A stretch of DNA of 64,000 nt from Dictyostelium discoideum (Eukaryota), in contig CM000154.2 of the NCBI GenBank assembly GCA_000004695.1, positions 352,001 to 416,000 of the forward strand, written 5' to 3'. Position numbers and translations under genes: made by a program. Shown here in pieces: positions 28,801-43,015 of this stretch. Under the pieces are notes generated by a model. It saw nothing but the letters and a program-made list of their open reading frames with translations, was not told the origin of the DNA and did not search any database. Numbering within the stretch: position 1 is the stretch's first letter; each line of letters opens with the position of its first letter.

Positions 28801-31800
28801 AGGTGGTCAATTATTAGGTATTGAAACCATTAAATTACTCCAAGCAAGTAGATTTGCCGCTAGTAGACCAGGTGAAGGTGAAGGTGAATTAAATCAAACA
28901 CAACAATCCGTTTCAAACACTGTCAAACAATTAATTTATAATATTCAAAGTTCAGTACCAGGTCAAGCTGAAATCGCCGATGCTCTTGAAATTGTTAAAC
29001 AAGCTATTATCGCTTTGAACTCAAGTGAAAGTTCAGGTAGTCGTCCAAATGCATTGGAATCACTCACTCAGGCCGCTAAAAACTTGGCTGATTATACCGC
29101 TCAAGTCGTTCAATCCAAAGGTAACTCTGAGAAAATGGGTACTCAATGTAAGAGTGCATCTGAATCATTGAAGGATGTTGTCGAGTATACTAAAGCATCA
29201 CTTTCAACCGCTGAAGGTCATCCAGATTCAATTAAAACTCTTGCCTCTAAAGTCGATGATTCAAGCAATGCCCTCTTCAACTCTTGTAAAAAGACTGGTC
29301 AATTATCAGATCAAGACAAAAAGAATGCCGCCCTCGATGCAAAGAATTTGGCTTTATCTGTACCAAATTTAATGGGTGCCGCAAAGAAAATCTCTGCTTC
29401 ACTCGTTCAATCAAATCCAGAGAAATCCAAAGATATCCTTTTGGTTGCTCAAAATATTACCATTGCCACTAGTAAATTGGTAAACATCGCTAAATCAGTT
29501 GCAAGTGGTCAATCTCAAGCTGATGTTTCTCAATTGGCAGCCACCAAGAAAGAGGTTTCCGAGTTGATTAGTAAACTCTTAAATGCTACCAATGGTCATG
29601 ATCAAGATGCCACAACCATCTCTATTGATTTGGATTCATTGTCAAAGAGTGAACAAGCTCTTTTGGATGCCTCAAGATCCACCGCTAACTACATGTCACA
29701 ATTTATGGCAATTGGTAAAACCATTTCAACCGGTACTAAAGATCCAAATGTTCATCAACAATTTAGTGGTGCCGCTCAAAATGTTTCATCTGGTGTTCAA
29801 CAATTGTTAAGTGCTATCAATGGTATGAAACCAGAGCAAAAGGATTTGGATGAGTCTATTGAAATCATTCAAAATGCCGTTGTCGATTTAGATTCTGCAA
29901 CTTTGAATGCTGCCATTGGTTTACTTGAAAACACTGCACCAGTCGGTAAAACCGCCCAAGTTTGTCAAGAGGAATTGGTTGATATCAGTAGAGAATTGGC
30001 TACCTCAATGAAAACTTTCTTGGCTGCACCAAAACAAGATCCAACCAATTTAGGTCAATCAGCTAAAGATACTGCAAACATTCTTCCAAAGATTGTAAAT
30101 ATCAGCAAACAATTAGCCTCACTCACCACCAATCCTGATATTAAACAAACTCAATTACTCTTGAGTAAGAAATTGGCTGACAATATGTTAGAGTTAATGA
30201 TTAGTGCCAAGAGTGGTGATGTTAGTGATAGTAAACAAGCATTCAATGCCTCTCAATCAATCGCTGATATTTTAACCTCTGTCAAGGGTGGTGTTATGCA
30301 ATCTCGTGATTGTGATGAATCCATTCAAATTATTGGTAAATCTAAAGAAAACCTTCAAAAACCAGCCAATGATACTCATGGTAAGACCTATCAACAATAT
30401 CGTGATGAAATGACTGAAATCGCTAAACAATTGGCTTTGGGTGTATCACAATTAGCAAATTCTGCCAAATCAAAACCAGAGGAAATCGGTTCATCTTCAT
30501 TAAAAATCGCTTCCATCATCCCACGTTTAGCTGAAACTGCTCGTTCAACTGCTGCCGCCACTAATGATGTTGCTGCCAAGAAGAAATTAATCGATTCTAC
30601 AACCGGTATCATTGATGCAACTTCAAACATTATCTCTGATGCTAAATTAGCTTCTGCCGATCATAAAAACACTCAACTCCAACAAAAGATTTCAAACAAT
30701 TTCAAAGATATCACTACCCAAATTGCAAATCTTATTGCTGCCTTAAGAGCTGGTGCTACCGCTGATCGTGATATTGAAAACGCTTGTAATGAAGTTAATC
30801 ATGTCACCACTGATTTAGATGCCGCTTCATTGTTTGCCGCTGCTGGTCAAATTGATATCGATACCGATGGTCATACCACTCAAAACATTCAAGAACAAGT
30901 TGGTAAATTGGCTCAAGATCTTAAAGACTCAAAGAATCAATTGGCTGAAGCAAGTGGTAAAACCATTGAAGATGTTGGTACATCCGCTAAAGCTACCGCT
31001 AGTATCAATCAAAAATTGGCTCATGCTACCAAAGTTTGTGCTGCTCTCACAAGTGATTCTACCACCCAACAAAACTTATTAAGTGCTGCTAGAACCGTTA
31101 GTAGTAATCTTCAACAAACCATTAGTGCCTCAAAGAATGCTCAAAAGAATCCAAACGCTGGTAACAAAGCCATCTTGGATAAATCATCACAAGAGTTGGA
31201 GGAATCAATTGATAGTTTAGCAAACTTGGTTCAATCATCAACCACAACCAAAGGTATTTCAGAGTTGGAAGGTGTATCAAGTGAAATTCGTAAACAATTG
31301 GCTGCTTATGATAGTGCAACCGCCAATGTCAATGCAAATGCCACCGCTGAAGATGTCGTTAACTCTGCCAAGAATTTAGCTGAATCCATTGCTTACCTCG
31401 TTTCAAGTTGTAACAATTCACCAGAGGATATCGCCGAAGCTTCCAAAGGTACAACCTTGGCCATTAAGAGTTTATTAGCCAATGCCAAAGGTGCCTCTGT
31501 TTTAACTGATGATGCTGTCATTCAACAAAATGTTACTGAATCCGCTAAAGCCGCCGCTCAAACTGTTTTGAAATTAATTCAAGCCGCCAAACAACAACGT
31601 AATGATCCATCAAATCCAGCCCATCAAAATAAATTATCAGAGATTTCATCAGAGGTCGTTGAATCCATTAGCACTTGCGTAAATGCTGCTGAAGATTTAC
31701 CAGAGGGTAAGAGAGCCAAGCTATTATTTGCAGCTGGTGAATCACTCGAAGAAACCGCTGAAAAAGAATTGAAAGCTGCTGCTGCCATCATTGAAGAAGC

Positions 31801-32911
31801 CACTGCCGCTTTACTCAATGCCAAGAAAAAGAGAGAACAAAATCGTATTGCTTCAGGTATTGATGAGGCTGGTATTGATGAATCCATCCTCGAAGCTGCT
31901 AGAGCAATCACATCAGCAACTGGTGTTTTGGTTCAATGTGCTACCAATGTCCAACATGAATTGGTTTTAGCCGGTAAAGTAGGTAACAAAGGTAACATGT
32001 ATCGTCGTGATCCAACATGGGCTCGTGGTTTAATATCTGCCGCTCAAGCAGTAGCTGGATCTGTCCAAGGTTTAGTACATAGTGCCAACTCTTCAAGCCA
32101 AGGTAAAGTTGATGAGGAGCAATTGGTCGCTTCAGCCAAAGGTGTCGCAGCAGCAACTGCACGTCTCGTAACTGCAAGCAGAGCAAAGGCTGACTTGAAC
32201 TCTGCTTCCAATTCACAATTGGCTCAAGCCGCTAAACAAGTTTCAAATGCCACAGCTGCATTGGTAGAAGCCGCCAAACAAGTCAATGAAGAACCAGAGG
32301 TTGAATTCGATACTACTAACTTATCAAACGCCCAAATCATCTCCAAGGAAATGGATCAACAAATTCAAATCTTGAAATTAAAGAAAGAACTCGAACAAGC
32401 CGAAAAGAAATTATTCTCAATCAGAAAGAAAGAGTACAGTGATCAAACTGGTAATCCATCACCAGCAAAAGACTCTGATAATAAACCAACCACTTCAATC
32501 TCTGTTGGTATCACACCAACCAAGAGAACAACTCAAGCTTCACCACCATCACCACCATTAACTCCAACTCAACAAGCCGCTGGCACCCCAACTTTACCAC
32601 CAAGACCATTAATGAAGAAACCAGCTCCATCTCAAGCCCCATCTTCACCAGTCGCTCCAGTTTCTGCTCCAGTTTCAAAACCATCACCAAAACCAGCACC
32701 AAAACCAGCTGCTCCAACTGCTGCCGCTCCAAATAAAACTTATACCCTTGAAGAATTAAAAAAGAAACCAGCAAACATTGATCATAGTAATTTAGAAATT
32801 TATCTTTCCGATGAAGAATTTAAAGCTGTATTCAATTGTGAACGTTCTGAATTAGCTGCTATGCCAACCTGGAAGAGAAATAATATAAAAACTAAACTTG
32901 GTTTATTCTAA
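24738..32911 (+). CDS. talB: Talin B (FERM head, rod of helical bundles, I/LWEQ region and C-terminal villin headpiece), 3 exons: join(24738..24962,25170..25790,25913..32911), 2614 aa
   Basis: The N-terminal ubiquitin-like F0/F1 region is MSLTLKIQIVRDKQVKAMKFSPTQTVAEVC, then RPLKVRLMDETVKTMLVDDS. The FERM F3 region is LLGITRDSILRLDAETKEV...LNHLRRWAASPQSFTLDFGDYEDDYVSVITTEGEAISQLLSGYIEILMKKRK. The long rod has LLxAAK-type helices. The C-terminus is a villin-headpiece (LSDEEFKAVFNCERSELAAMPTWKRNNIKTKLGLF*), which is the Dictyostelium TalB architecture. Introns have GTAAAT/AATAG and GTAAGT/CTTTAG sites with phase 0 joins. Confidence 0.92.
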
Positions 32912-33387
32912 AAAAAAATAATAATAATAATAATTAAAAAAACTAAAAAAAAAAAAAACACTAATAATTTAAAAAAAAAAAAATATATAACATTAAATTA
33001 AATAAAGTAAAATTGATTGATTGTACACTAAAAATAATATTTTTTTTTTTATTTTTTTATTTTAAAATAATAAAGCAACGAAAATGAAAATAGAAATAAT
33101 TGAAATTTCTAATTTGTTCGAATTTGATTTAGCCAAGCCACAAACTTCTTGGGCACATTTTATAATTAAATAACCATTTGCCGATTATTCATTATTTAAA
33201 TTTCTAGTTCTATTGTTAAATCTTATAATTTTTTTTTATTTTATTATAAAATTCAAAAATTTAATAAACTATAAACTGATAAAATTTTTTTTTTTTTTTT
33301 TTTTAAAATTTCCAAAACACTTAATATTTTTTTTTTATTTTTTAATTTTTTTATTTTTTCTTTTAAGTACTATTGAAAAAGAAAAGA

Positions 33388-33808
33388 ATGGAAGGTGTAA
33401 TTTATGAAACACTGATAAAAGATTATGGTGAAATAGAAAAAACAGGAACATCTATTATTGAATTTCTATTAATACTATCAATTAATGGTGTTTATATTGC
33501 AAGAGAACAACTCTTTAATTATTTCATTTATTGTAAAAAACTTTATAGTAACCAACCAACACAAAAAACAAAAAATGATTTAGATTCACAATTTTTATAT
33601 GGTTTGAATTATAACCAATACCTAATATTATCAACATTTATTGAAAAACTAAGTAATATTAACTCAAATAAAATGCAAATAATATATAATCATCAAAAAA
33701 ATAATATAAACCAACCAACCACAAGATTTGACTCTGCAATGTTTTTAATAATTGAAAATAATAAAAATCATCATCATCATATTTCAAATTCACTTTTAAT
33801 TAATAATA

Positions 33809-33893
<85 letters not shown>

Positions 33894-35235
33894 TAATAAA
33901 TTGATAGAAATTAAAAATATTGAAGATGGTTTTTTAAAAGTTTGGAGAAATTTAATTATTAGAAATGAAATTTTAATATATTTAAGAATATTTAAAAATT
34001 TTTCAAATAAAAGAATTGTTATAAATTCAAATGATATTAAAAATTTTAAATATAGAAATTATTTAAATTCAGTTGTATTATATTTAAATAATACTGGATT
34101 TGATGGTGATATATTACCTTTAAATATTACAAATTTAGAGATTATGAATAATGGTTTAAATGGTTTAATTATATTAAAAGAGAATTGTATACCAAAATCA
34201 GTGAAATCATTAAGATTCAATTGTTTTTTAGATAATTCAATACCATTAAAAAACATATTTAATTTGAATTCTATAACATCACTTGAGTTTATACAAAACT
34301 TTAATATATCATTAGGTGATTGGTTACCAAAATCATTAAAACATTTAATGCTTGGAAGTAGTTTTAATAAGAGAATAGAGTTTGGTCAATTACCAAATTC
34401 ATTAACATCATTAATATTTAAAAATGATTGTAATTGTTTAATTTCGCCAGGATCAATACCAAATTCAGTTAAAACTTTGAATTATTCATATAAAGGTTTG
34501 AAATCAGTTAATGAAAAAATTCCAAATTCAACCACAACTTTAGAGTTTATAAATGATTTTGAAATTTCAATTAGACCTGGTTTAATACCAAGAAATGTGT
34601 CAACCATTGTATTCGATTATAAATTTAAAGGTAAGATCGCCTCGAATTCATTTTCAAAGAATCTAACAAGTTTATCATTCAATCAAGGTTATTCTAGAAC
34701 CATTTTACCCTCTGATATAATACCACCAGAATCAATTACACATTTACGTATTAATCAAGATATAATTTCAAAGGGTTTCATATTTAATTGTTATTTTAAT
34801 AAATTAAAATCTCTAGAATTAATAGGTGTTGATTCAATTACACCCAATTTAATACCATCTGGTTTAACAATTTTAAAACTTCGAAATTTTTATGCTCCAT
34901 TTTCCTCTCTAGATTTTTTACCACAAACCTTAACATCGTTAACTTTGGAAAGAGTAAATAGTGAAATCACTTTTAATATTGGTGATTTTCCAAACTCTTT
35001 AACTCAATTGTCTTTGGGTGATTATTGTAAACCTTTGGATTTCAATATTTTACCTCCAAATTTAAAGACACTTTATTTACCTTCATGTGACATAAAATTA
35101 AAAATTGATAATGGTGAATTCAATTCTTTACCTCCAACAATGGAACATATTTATTGCCATATGGGAAATTATAGTATTTTAAATAATTTAGATTTAACAA
35201 TATTTTCAAAATATATAAAAATTATAGCTAATTAA
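33388..35235 (+). CDS. FNIP-repeat containing protein, single exon, about 615 aa
   Basis: The true ATG is at 33388 (MEGVIYETL). The track ORF starts earlier at a TTG. The C-terminal half consists of tandem FNIP repeats (LP.SL..L.FG..FNQ.I....LP.SV..L.F-like: IPNSVKTLNYSYKGL, LPNSLTSLIFKNDCN, LPQTLTSLTLERVNS, LPPNLKTLYLPSCDI). There is also a KVWRNLIIRNEILIYL motif. Confidence 0.8.
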
Positions 35236-35271
35236 AAAATAAAATAAAATTAATAAAATAATACGTGTATT

Positions 35272-35333
<62 letters not shown>

Positions 35334-35789
35334 AAAAAAAATAGTTTTTATAAAAATAAATCTTTATTTTCTTTTTTTTTTAATATTAGTTTTTAAAATA
35401 TCCACTAGTGGTATAATGATTTATAAAAAAAAAAAAATAGCTTTATTAATTTATAAATAAAAATATGATTCATTTAAATATAGATTATTTGGGTGTGATT
35501 CAAACATAAAATTATGGTGCATTCTATAATTTCGACCAAAAAATATATGCAATCATTCCTTGAAATTGCTCTAAATTAAAATTTAAAAAATAAAAAAATT
35601 CTAAAAAAATAAAAAATTCTGAGCTTAAAAAATTAATATTTTTTTAAAAATTTACATATCAAAAATTTAAAAAAAAAAATTTAAAATAAAAAAAAAAAAA
35701 ATTTCTTTTAATTAATTTTGATATTAATACATATAAAGAATAAATAAACCTTTCAATCATTTAAAAAAAACAAAACAACCAAATTTAAT

Positions 35790-35820
<31 letters not shown>

Positions 35821-35864
35821 TAAATAATTTCCAAAAAAAAAAAAAATACCAAATTAAATAAAAA

Positions 35865-36323
35865 ATGAAAAACTATAATAATTACACAACCAAAATAAAA
35901 TGTAACGATAAAAATGAAATTGGAAACGATATATTATTTTTTAAAGTATGGAGAAATATAGTAATTAGAAGAACAATATCAAAATTTTTGAAACAATCAT
36001 TTTGTGAATTATTTTCCAATTTAATAAAAATATATATTGAAAATTATCAAAAAAACAAGAACCAATTTTTTTATTATTTTCAAAATCTATATTCACTTCC
36101 TCCCCATTGGGAAATTGTATATTCTAATCTCCAACATCCTCTTATTTTTTTATTTGGAAATTGTTATAAATTTAATGAACAACCATTAAAATTAGATTAT
36201 AAAAAAAACCTAAAAGTAGCCAACAAGGAAAATAATAAACAAACAAAGTTTAATAAAAATTTTAAAAATAAAAAATCAAATTTTAAAAATAATCAAATAA
36301 ATATAAAACCAATTTTACACTAA
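35865..36323 (+). CDS. Short FNIP-family N-terminal-motif protein or truncated paralog fragment, 152 aa
   Basis: The ORF has an ATG and a stop. It contains DILFFKVWRNIVIRRTISKFL, which matches the DGFLKVWRNLIIRNEILIYL motif of the adjacent FNIP gene. It lacks FNIP repeats and its C-terminus is low-complexity K/N-rich. Confidence 0.35.
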   Translation: MKNYNNYTTKIKCNDKNEIGNDILFFKVWRNIVIRRTISKFLKQSFCELFSNLIKIYIENYQKNKNQFFYYFQNLYSLPPHWEIVYSNLQHPLIFLFGNCYKFNEQPLKLDYKKNLKVANKENNKQTKFNKNFKNKKSNFKNNQINIKPILH

Positions 36324-36478
36324 AATAAAATTAATTAATTTCTAAATAAAAAAAAAATTAATTAATTTATCACGCCCACACAACAAATCAATATTTTTAA
36401 ATTATTATAAATATAATTAATTGTCTTTTTTTTTTTTTTTTTTTAATTTAAAATGTATATATTTATTTTATTTATTAT

Positions 36479-36528
<50 letters not shown>

Positions 36529-36562
36529 GTTTAATTATTATTTATTATTTTTTTTTTTTTTT

Positions 36563-39500
36563 TTAAATTCTACCATCTAATCTATCTTTCATCTTTTTAT
36601 AAGATTTATGTTCTTGTTGTTCAGATTGAAGTTCAGACATGATTTGTTTTCTCTTCTTTTCATTTTCTTTTCTTTCTTCAGTTGCTTTTTTGAATTTCTC
36701 AGCTTGAATGAATTGATTATCTTTAACGATTTCTCTTAAGGCACCTTTAGTTTCTTTTTTAATTAAAGCCTTCATTTTGGCAGTATGATTTCTTTCAGCA
36801 TCAGGATCTTTGTTAAAGAAAGAGAATACTTGATTGAAACGTGGATTGAATTGACGTAATGTTTGAGGTTTACTTGTTAATAGAATCAATGGTTTTCTCT
36901 TATTGATAATTTCTTTATTAATTGAATCAATCAATTGTTTTAAAGAATTTATTTTTTCAATCAATTTCAAATTCATTGTATTTGTATCTAATTTATTTAA
37001 TAAATTTAAAATATTTGTAAATAAACTTGGCAATGATTCATTAAATTGTGATTCTGAATAAAATCTAATATATTTTTCAAGGAACGAAATTAAATAATTT
37101 AAAATATTAATTCTTAATTCATCATTAATTTCTAAATTTGATTTTGATAAATTTGAAAATTCCAATTGAGTTGGTTCAATCTTTTTAATAACATTAATTT
37201 GATTTGAAAGTTTTAAATAATTTAATGGTAATAAAATTGTTGGTATTAAAATATTTGTTGAAATTGATGCCCATTGTGAATTAATATTTGATGGGGTAGT
37301 GGTAGTAGTGGCAGTAGTGGTTTTTGAATTTTTTGAATTTTTTGGTTTAGTAGTGGTGGTGGTAGTAGTTTGAATTGTTGGTGGATTATGATTTATAAAA
37401 GTTGATAATAAACTAATTAAAAGTGATGAAATTTCTGGTGAATATCTTTTTGAAGGTGATAAATAAAAGAATAATAAATTCATAGTGAAAAGTGAAGAGA
37501 TGATATCATTAGCATTTCTAATTGGACAATGGGAGAGGAAGAAATTCAATGCTTCAATTGTTGGTGTTACAACTGGATGTTGGAAATCAGAAGTTGGGAA
37601 AACATTACCAATCAATTTAATAACTAATAACTCTTGTTGATTTGGCCAATAATTTAATTTACTTTGAATTTCCAATTTCTTACAAATACGTTTATAACAT
37701 GAATTAATTAAATCCTTTGATGTTATACCAGATACAATTGGTACATCTTGAGAAATTTCAAAAATATATTTCGATAAAACATCCAATTCAATCCAATCAA
37801 TAGGATTTGATGATTCATCTTGGTCATCCTCTTTAATTGGTTTTGCAATATTAATGAATCTTTGATATAAAATTGGTAAATAATCTTTCATTTTATCCTT
37901 ATTTTGTGGTTTAATTGAAACATGATTACAAACCCCAATACGTGTTAAAATGGTTTCTTTCTCTTCTGATGTTCTATTTAATAACCATTCATCTAATTCT
38001 TCAATTGATTTTGGTGTATCAAAGGTAAATGGAATTGTTTCATTAACTTCTTCTTTTGATTTTTTATTTGTTTTTAATTTTTTAGTTGATTTTTCTTCTT
38101 CCTCCTCCTCGTCGTCTTCTTGACCTGATAAAATTTCATCATCTTTTAAATCTAAATCAGAATCCTCTTCATCACCTTCTTCACCTTCTTCATCTTCATC
38201 ACTTTTATCTTCATCATCAGTTTCTAATTCAGATGATTGTTCATTAGTTTGGTCATCTTCACTGTCAGAATTATCTTTATTATTATTATCATCGTCGGAA
38301 TCAATTTGTGGATTATAGAAAACTGTATCTACACCATTAATATTTAAAACTTCATTTTCATCATCTAATGAATCGGCTGTTAACATTTTTGGTTTATTAT
38401 CTTTTGCTTTTAATCTATCTAAAACTTTTCTTGGTAAATTTTTATCACTATCTTTAACATTATCATCAGCTTCCAATTCAACGTAATCACCACTTGCTCT
38501 CTCTAATCTTTCTTTTTCTTTTTGTTGTAATCTTTCCATCTCTTCTTTCATTTGTTCTTCTTTAGTTTTAGTTCTATCAGTTGCATGTGCCCTACTCTCA
38601 CCTTGTAATTCATATAATAATTCATCGAAATCGTCATGTGCTTCCTTTGGTTTTTTTGTTGAATCATTAGTTGAATTTGATGATGATGATGAAGCGAATT
38701 TTTGTTCATTTGATCTTTGTTCAGCTTGGAATTTTAAGAATGCATCATCTTGTAAATTATTATTATTGCTACTATTGCTATTATTACCATTTGTTAATAT
38801 TAATTCACCTCTAATTAAATTAAATTCTTCATCTAAATCTCTAGTTAATGCTTCTTTTTTTAATTTTTCTTTTGCTCTTTCAGCTTTACCAATCTTTGAT
38901 TTTTCAATAATTTCTTGATAAATCTCTTTCTTTGATTTATGTCTATCTTGTCTTTCACCATTACCATTACTATCATCATCACCACCACCAAATCTTTGTC
39001 TTTCACTTAAAAACTCTTTTCCAACTTCATCCAATTCATCATCTGATGCGACATAATCATCATTACCTTCAGATAATGACATTGAATTACTACCTAATGA
39101 ATTACCTAATGATTGACCCATATGTGTTAATTCTTCTTGATCATTATCATTTAAATTATATAAATTTTTATTTCTCTATTTTAAAATAAAAATAAAAATA
39201 AAAAAGAAATTTATTAGTAATAATATTTTTTTCTTATATATATATATTAAATAAATAAATATTTACCAATTTTTCTCTTTGAAAACGTGCTAACATTTTA
39301 TCTTCTTCAGACATTGAAGCATCATTTTCACCAATACGAGCATCAATGAATTTATTTGATTTATTCATTTGATTCATTTCAACTAAAATTGTTTTTTTAC
39401 GTTTTTCAATTGCATTATATCTTGATTGACCTAAATCACCTGATGCACCTTTAACTTGTCTATTTAAAACTACATGTTTTGTTTTATTAACCTTTCTATC

Positions 39501-39608
39501 GAATGGATTGACAATCTTTACAACTGGTGTACTTTTTTCAATCTTATTAAATCCATTTGAAATACCACCTTTTTTGGAATTCACTGATTCTGATTTTGAT
39601 TTCACCAT
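36563..39608 (-). CDS. Nucleolar protein Nop14 (SSU processome component), 2 exons: complement(join(36563..39175,39267..39608)), about 984 aa
   Basis: Exon 1 (MVKSKSES...KTILVEMNQ...SEEDKMLARFQREKL) and the start of exon 2 (RNKNLYNLNDNDQEELTHMGQSLGNSLGS) align with yeast Nop14 (EEEKMLERFTRERQ...KRNANLFNLEDDEDDGDMFGDGLTHLGQSLSL). The C-terminus (RQFNPRFN...KMKALIKKETKGALREIVKDNQFIQAEKFKK) matches the Nop14 tail. The intron has a GTAAAT donor and an AAAATAG acceptor with a phase 0 join. Confidence 0.85.
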
Positions 39609-39870
39609 TATATTAAATATATATAATATTAAAAATAATAATAATAGTATTGTATAAAAAAAATAAAAAAATAAAAAAAAATTAATTGAAAAAAAAAAGA
39701 AAAAAAAACGAACGACGAAAAAAAAAAAAAAAAAAAAAAAAATTAAAAAAAAAAAAAAAACTTTTTTGGTAAAAAAAAAAAATCATTTTCCATTTTTTTA
39801 AGATTTTTATTTTTATTTTTACTTTCTAAAAATAATTTATTATTATTGTTATTATTATTATTAAAATAAA

Positions 39871-40128
39871 TTAAACCCTATTAAATGAAAATGTATTTGA
39901 TAATAATTGTTTAAGACCTCCCCAATTGGCAGTACTACTATTATTATTATTATTATTATTATTACTATTTAAAATACTTCGATTATTTTGTCTATATTGT
40001 TGATATTGTTGACTATTTCTATATGGTTGTTGTTGTTGTTGCTGTACATTTTTAATTCCAAATTGTCTTTTATTATTTGAATTTAATTTTTGTTGTTGTT
40101 GTTGTTTTAATGTTTTTGTATTTATTAA

Positions 40129-40164
<36 letters not shown>

Positions 40165-40949
40165 TCTACTATTTGAAACACGTTTCACAGCTATTAAAAA
40201 TAATATTATTGTAATTGCCATTGGTAATACTCTTTTTATAATTAATTTATTTCTTAAATAGAATAATTTAAATTTCAAATAAACCAATTTAAAATTATTA
40301 AATATAAAATAAAGTAATTTCTTAAAATTACCAAATAAAACCCTATTAATTGCTAATTTTAAACTTTTTAAATCTCTAATTGATAATATCTCATGTATTG
40401 ATTCATTAATTATATCTTTAATTATTGATATATTTGATTGTGTTTTTATTGGTAATTGTTCTTGTTCTTGTTGTGGTTGCGATGAATTATTTAATTCTTG
40501 TTGTTGTTGATGTTGTTGTTGTTCATTGATTAATTGTTTTTCTAATTGTTGTTGTTGTTGTTGTTGATTTTGTTGTTGTAATTTTTCAGTTTCTCTTTTT
40601 AATTGTAATTCTCTTTGATTCTTTTCTTCAAATTCTCTAATTTGTACCATTTCATATAAAGCCTTTATGAAACCATTCTTTTTCCAATCTGAAAGATAGC
40701 TATCATTTTGTAATAATGATATAGATTCATTAATTTCATTCATTCTAAACATTACATGAAATATTAATAACTCTATCAATTGTTCATATTGATCTGATTT
40801 AAATTCATTTCTATTCCTTTTTAATGCTTCAATTATTATAACTTTACTTTCATTATAACTTTTTAAATAAACTAATAAGTGAATTCTATTTAATTTTATT
40901 TGAATAATAATAATAAAAATAAAAACAATTAGAAAAATTACTTATTCAA

Positions 40950-40989
<40 letters not shown>

Positions 40990-41315
40990 GAAAACTTAAA
41001 AGGAAATTCTTTTTTAAAAAAATAATTAATAATACATACGATAAAATTAAAATATTAATTGGTGTATTTGAGATACCATCTTGATAAAATCTATTAACTA
41101 ATTTTAAAGCATCTGATGGTTTACCCACTTCATAAAGTGATTGAATTAATAATTCCATTATCCATCTACATTGACAATTGGTATCATTTTGACAACTATG
41201 ATAACACTTTGAAAATGATTCAAAAATTTTATTTGATAATGAAATGGTTGTTGTTGTTGGATTTTCATTATTTTCTTCATTGTTCGTATTAAATATAGAT
41301 GATAGTAATGGTGAA

Positions 41316-41346
<31 letters not shown>

Positions 41347-41563
41347 ATAATTTATATAATAAATTTATTAATTCGGTTATTACAATTTGAAAATTTTGAT
41401 ATAGAAATAATGTTTCAATTTTTTCTCTTTTTTTTATTAAATATTCTTCATTAATTATTTCATCGTTATTACTACTATTATTATTATAATATTGATCATC
41501 TTCATTATCATTCTCATTTTCATCTTTGTAGATTGAATTTTCGAAAATATAATTTTTTTCCAT
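39871..41563 (-). CDS. Tail-anchored membrane protein with an N-terminal helical (TPR-like) domain. Possibly a peroxin-26 (Pex26)-like protein. 2 exons: complement(join(39871..40885,41040..41563)), about 512 aa
   Basis: Exon 1 is MEKNYIFENSIYKDE...CQCRWIMELLIQSLYEVGKPSDALKLVNRFYQDGISNTPINILILS. A GTATGT donor and AAATAG acceptor lead to exon 2 (IHLLVYLKSYNESKVIIIEALKRNRNEFKSDQYEQLIELLIFHVMFRMNEIN...). The joins are phase 2/1. A single hydrophobic segment (LPMAITIILFLIAVKRV) near the C-terminus precedes an N/Q-rich tail. The Pex26 resemblance is weak and rests on architecture and short local similarity only. Confidence 0.5.
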
Positions 41564-41958
41564 TTTTAGTTTAAAAAAAAAAAAAATAAAAATAAAAAAT
41601 TAAAAAAAAGTGAAAAAAAAAAAAAAAATATTTATTATTTTAAAAAAAATAGTTTTTTTCTACTTTTGAAATTAATTTTTTTTAATTTTTTATTTTAATT
41701 TTTTTTTTTTTCAATTTTTTAATTTTTTTTTTATTTAAAAAATTCAAACGTAATTGGAAAACTGTTTTTTTTTTTTTTTTTTTTTAGGCTTGTGCTATAA
41801 TTATAAAAAAAATTAAAAAAAAAAAAAATTAAAAAAAAAAAATTAAAAAAAAACAATTTTAGTTTCAATATATATATATATACAAGTTAAAGAATTGTAT
41901 ATATAATTAGATAGAATAAAATTCAATTTAGAATTGTTTAAAACCAACAAGTTTGTAA

Positions 41959-42648
41959 ATGAGTGATAGCTTTGATGATCAATTTCCCCCATTGGTAAGT
42001 TTTTTTTTTTTTTTTTTTTTAATATAAAAATAAAATTAAATAAAAATAAATAAAAAATAAAAAACAAATAGAAAAAATAAAAAATAAAAATAAAAAAAAT
42101 AGAAAAAAAAATAAAATAAAATAAAATAAACCCATTAATAAGCTTATTAATATTTTTATTTTTTATTTTTTATTTTTTTTATATAGGGAAAAGTAACCAT
42201 CAAAAAAAAAGATGTATCATACATAAAAACATCAATGTCACCTTTGTCGACCTCTAATAACCCAACTGAAACTTACGAGCAAAATGAAAATCTAGATCAA
42301 AATAATACTCCTATCAATAGCAGTAATGATGAAATTATTACCAATACTGTTGATAATAATAATAATACCACCACTTTTGACTCATTAGAAAATTATAATA
42401 ATAGTAATAATAATAATAACTATAATAGCATTACTAGTAATTACAGTGAAAACTCTTATTTCAATAGTAATAATTATAATAGATACTATAATAATAATAA
42501 TCAACAACAACAACCAAATACAGGTACCACAGTGAATTACAATAACAATTTCAATAGCTCTAAACCATATAAAATATTTAACAAAAATTATAATAGTTCA
42601 TATAACTATCAACCACCACCGTTGCCGCAACAGCAACAACAACAACAA

Positions 42649-42686
<38 letters not shown>

Positions 42687-42866
42687 ACAACAATTTAACA
42701 GTGGTATCCCGATGAATAATAGCAATAGTTATCAAATAGGTTATAATCATAACAATAATAATAATAATGGGTTTATTCCTAATTATAATTATGTTCAACA
42801 ACAACCACCCCCACTCCCATCATCATCCTCATCACAAAATACATTTAATACAAATGGATATAATTC

Positions 42867-42922
<56 letters not shown>

Positions 42923-42942
42923 GCACAATGAACTCAAATACG

Positions 42943-43015
<73 letters not shown>

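Noticed and set aside
26283-32774. Numerous 60 to 110-aa ORFs on both strands inside the talin B exon (e.g. 26283..26618, 27508..27702, 31624..31911, 32511..32774)
   Set aside because: These are alternative-frame or antisense ORFs within a 7-kb coding exon whose main frame has a full-length talin alignment. They are expected by chance in long GC-balanced coding DNA.
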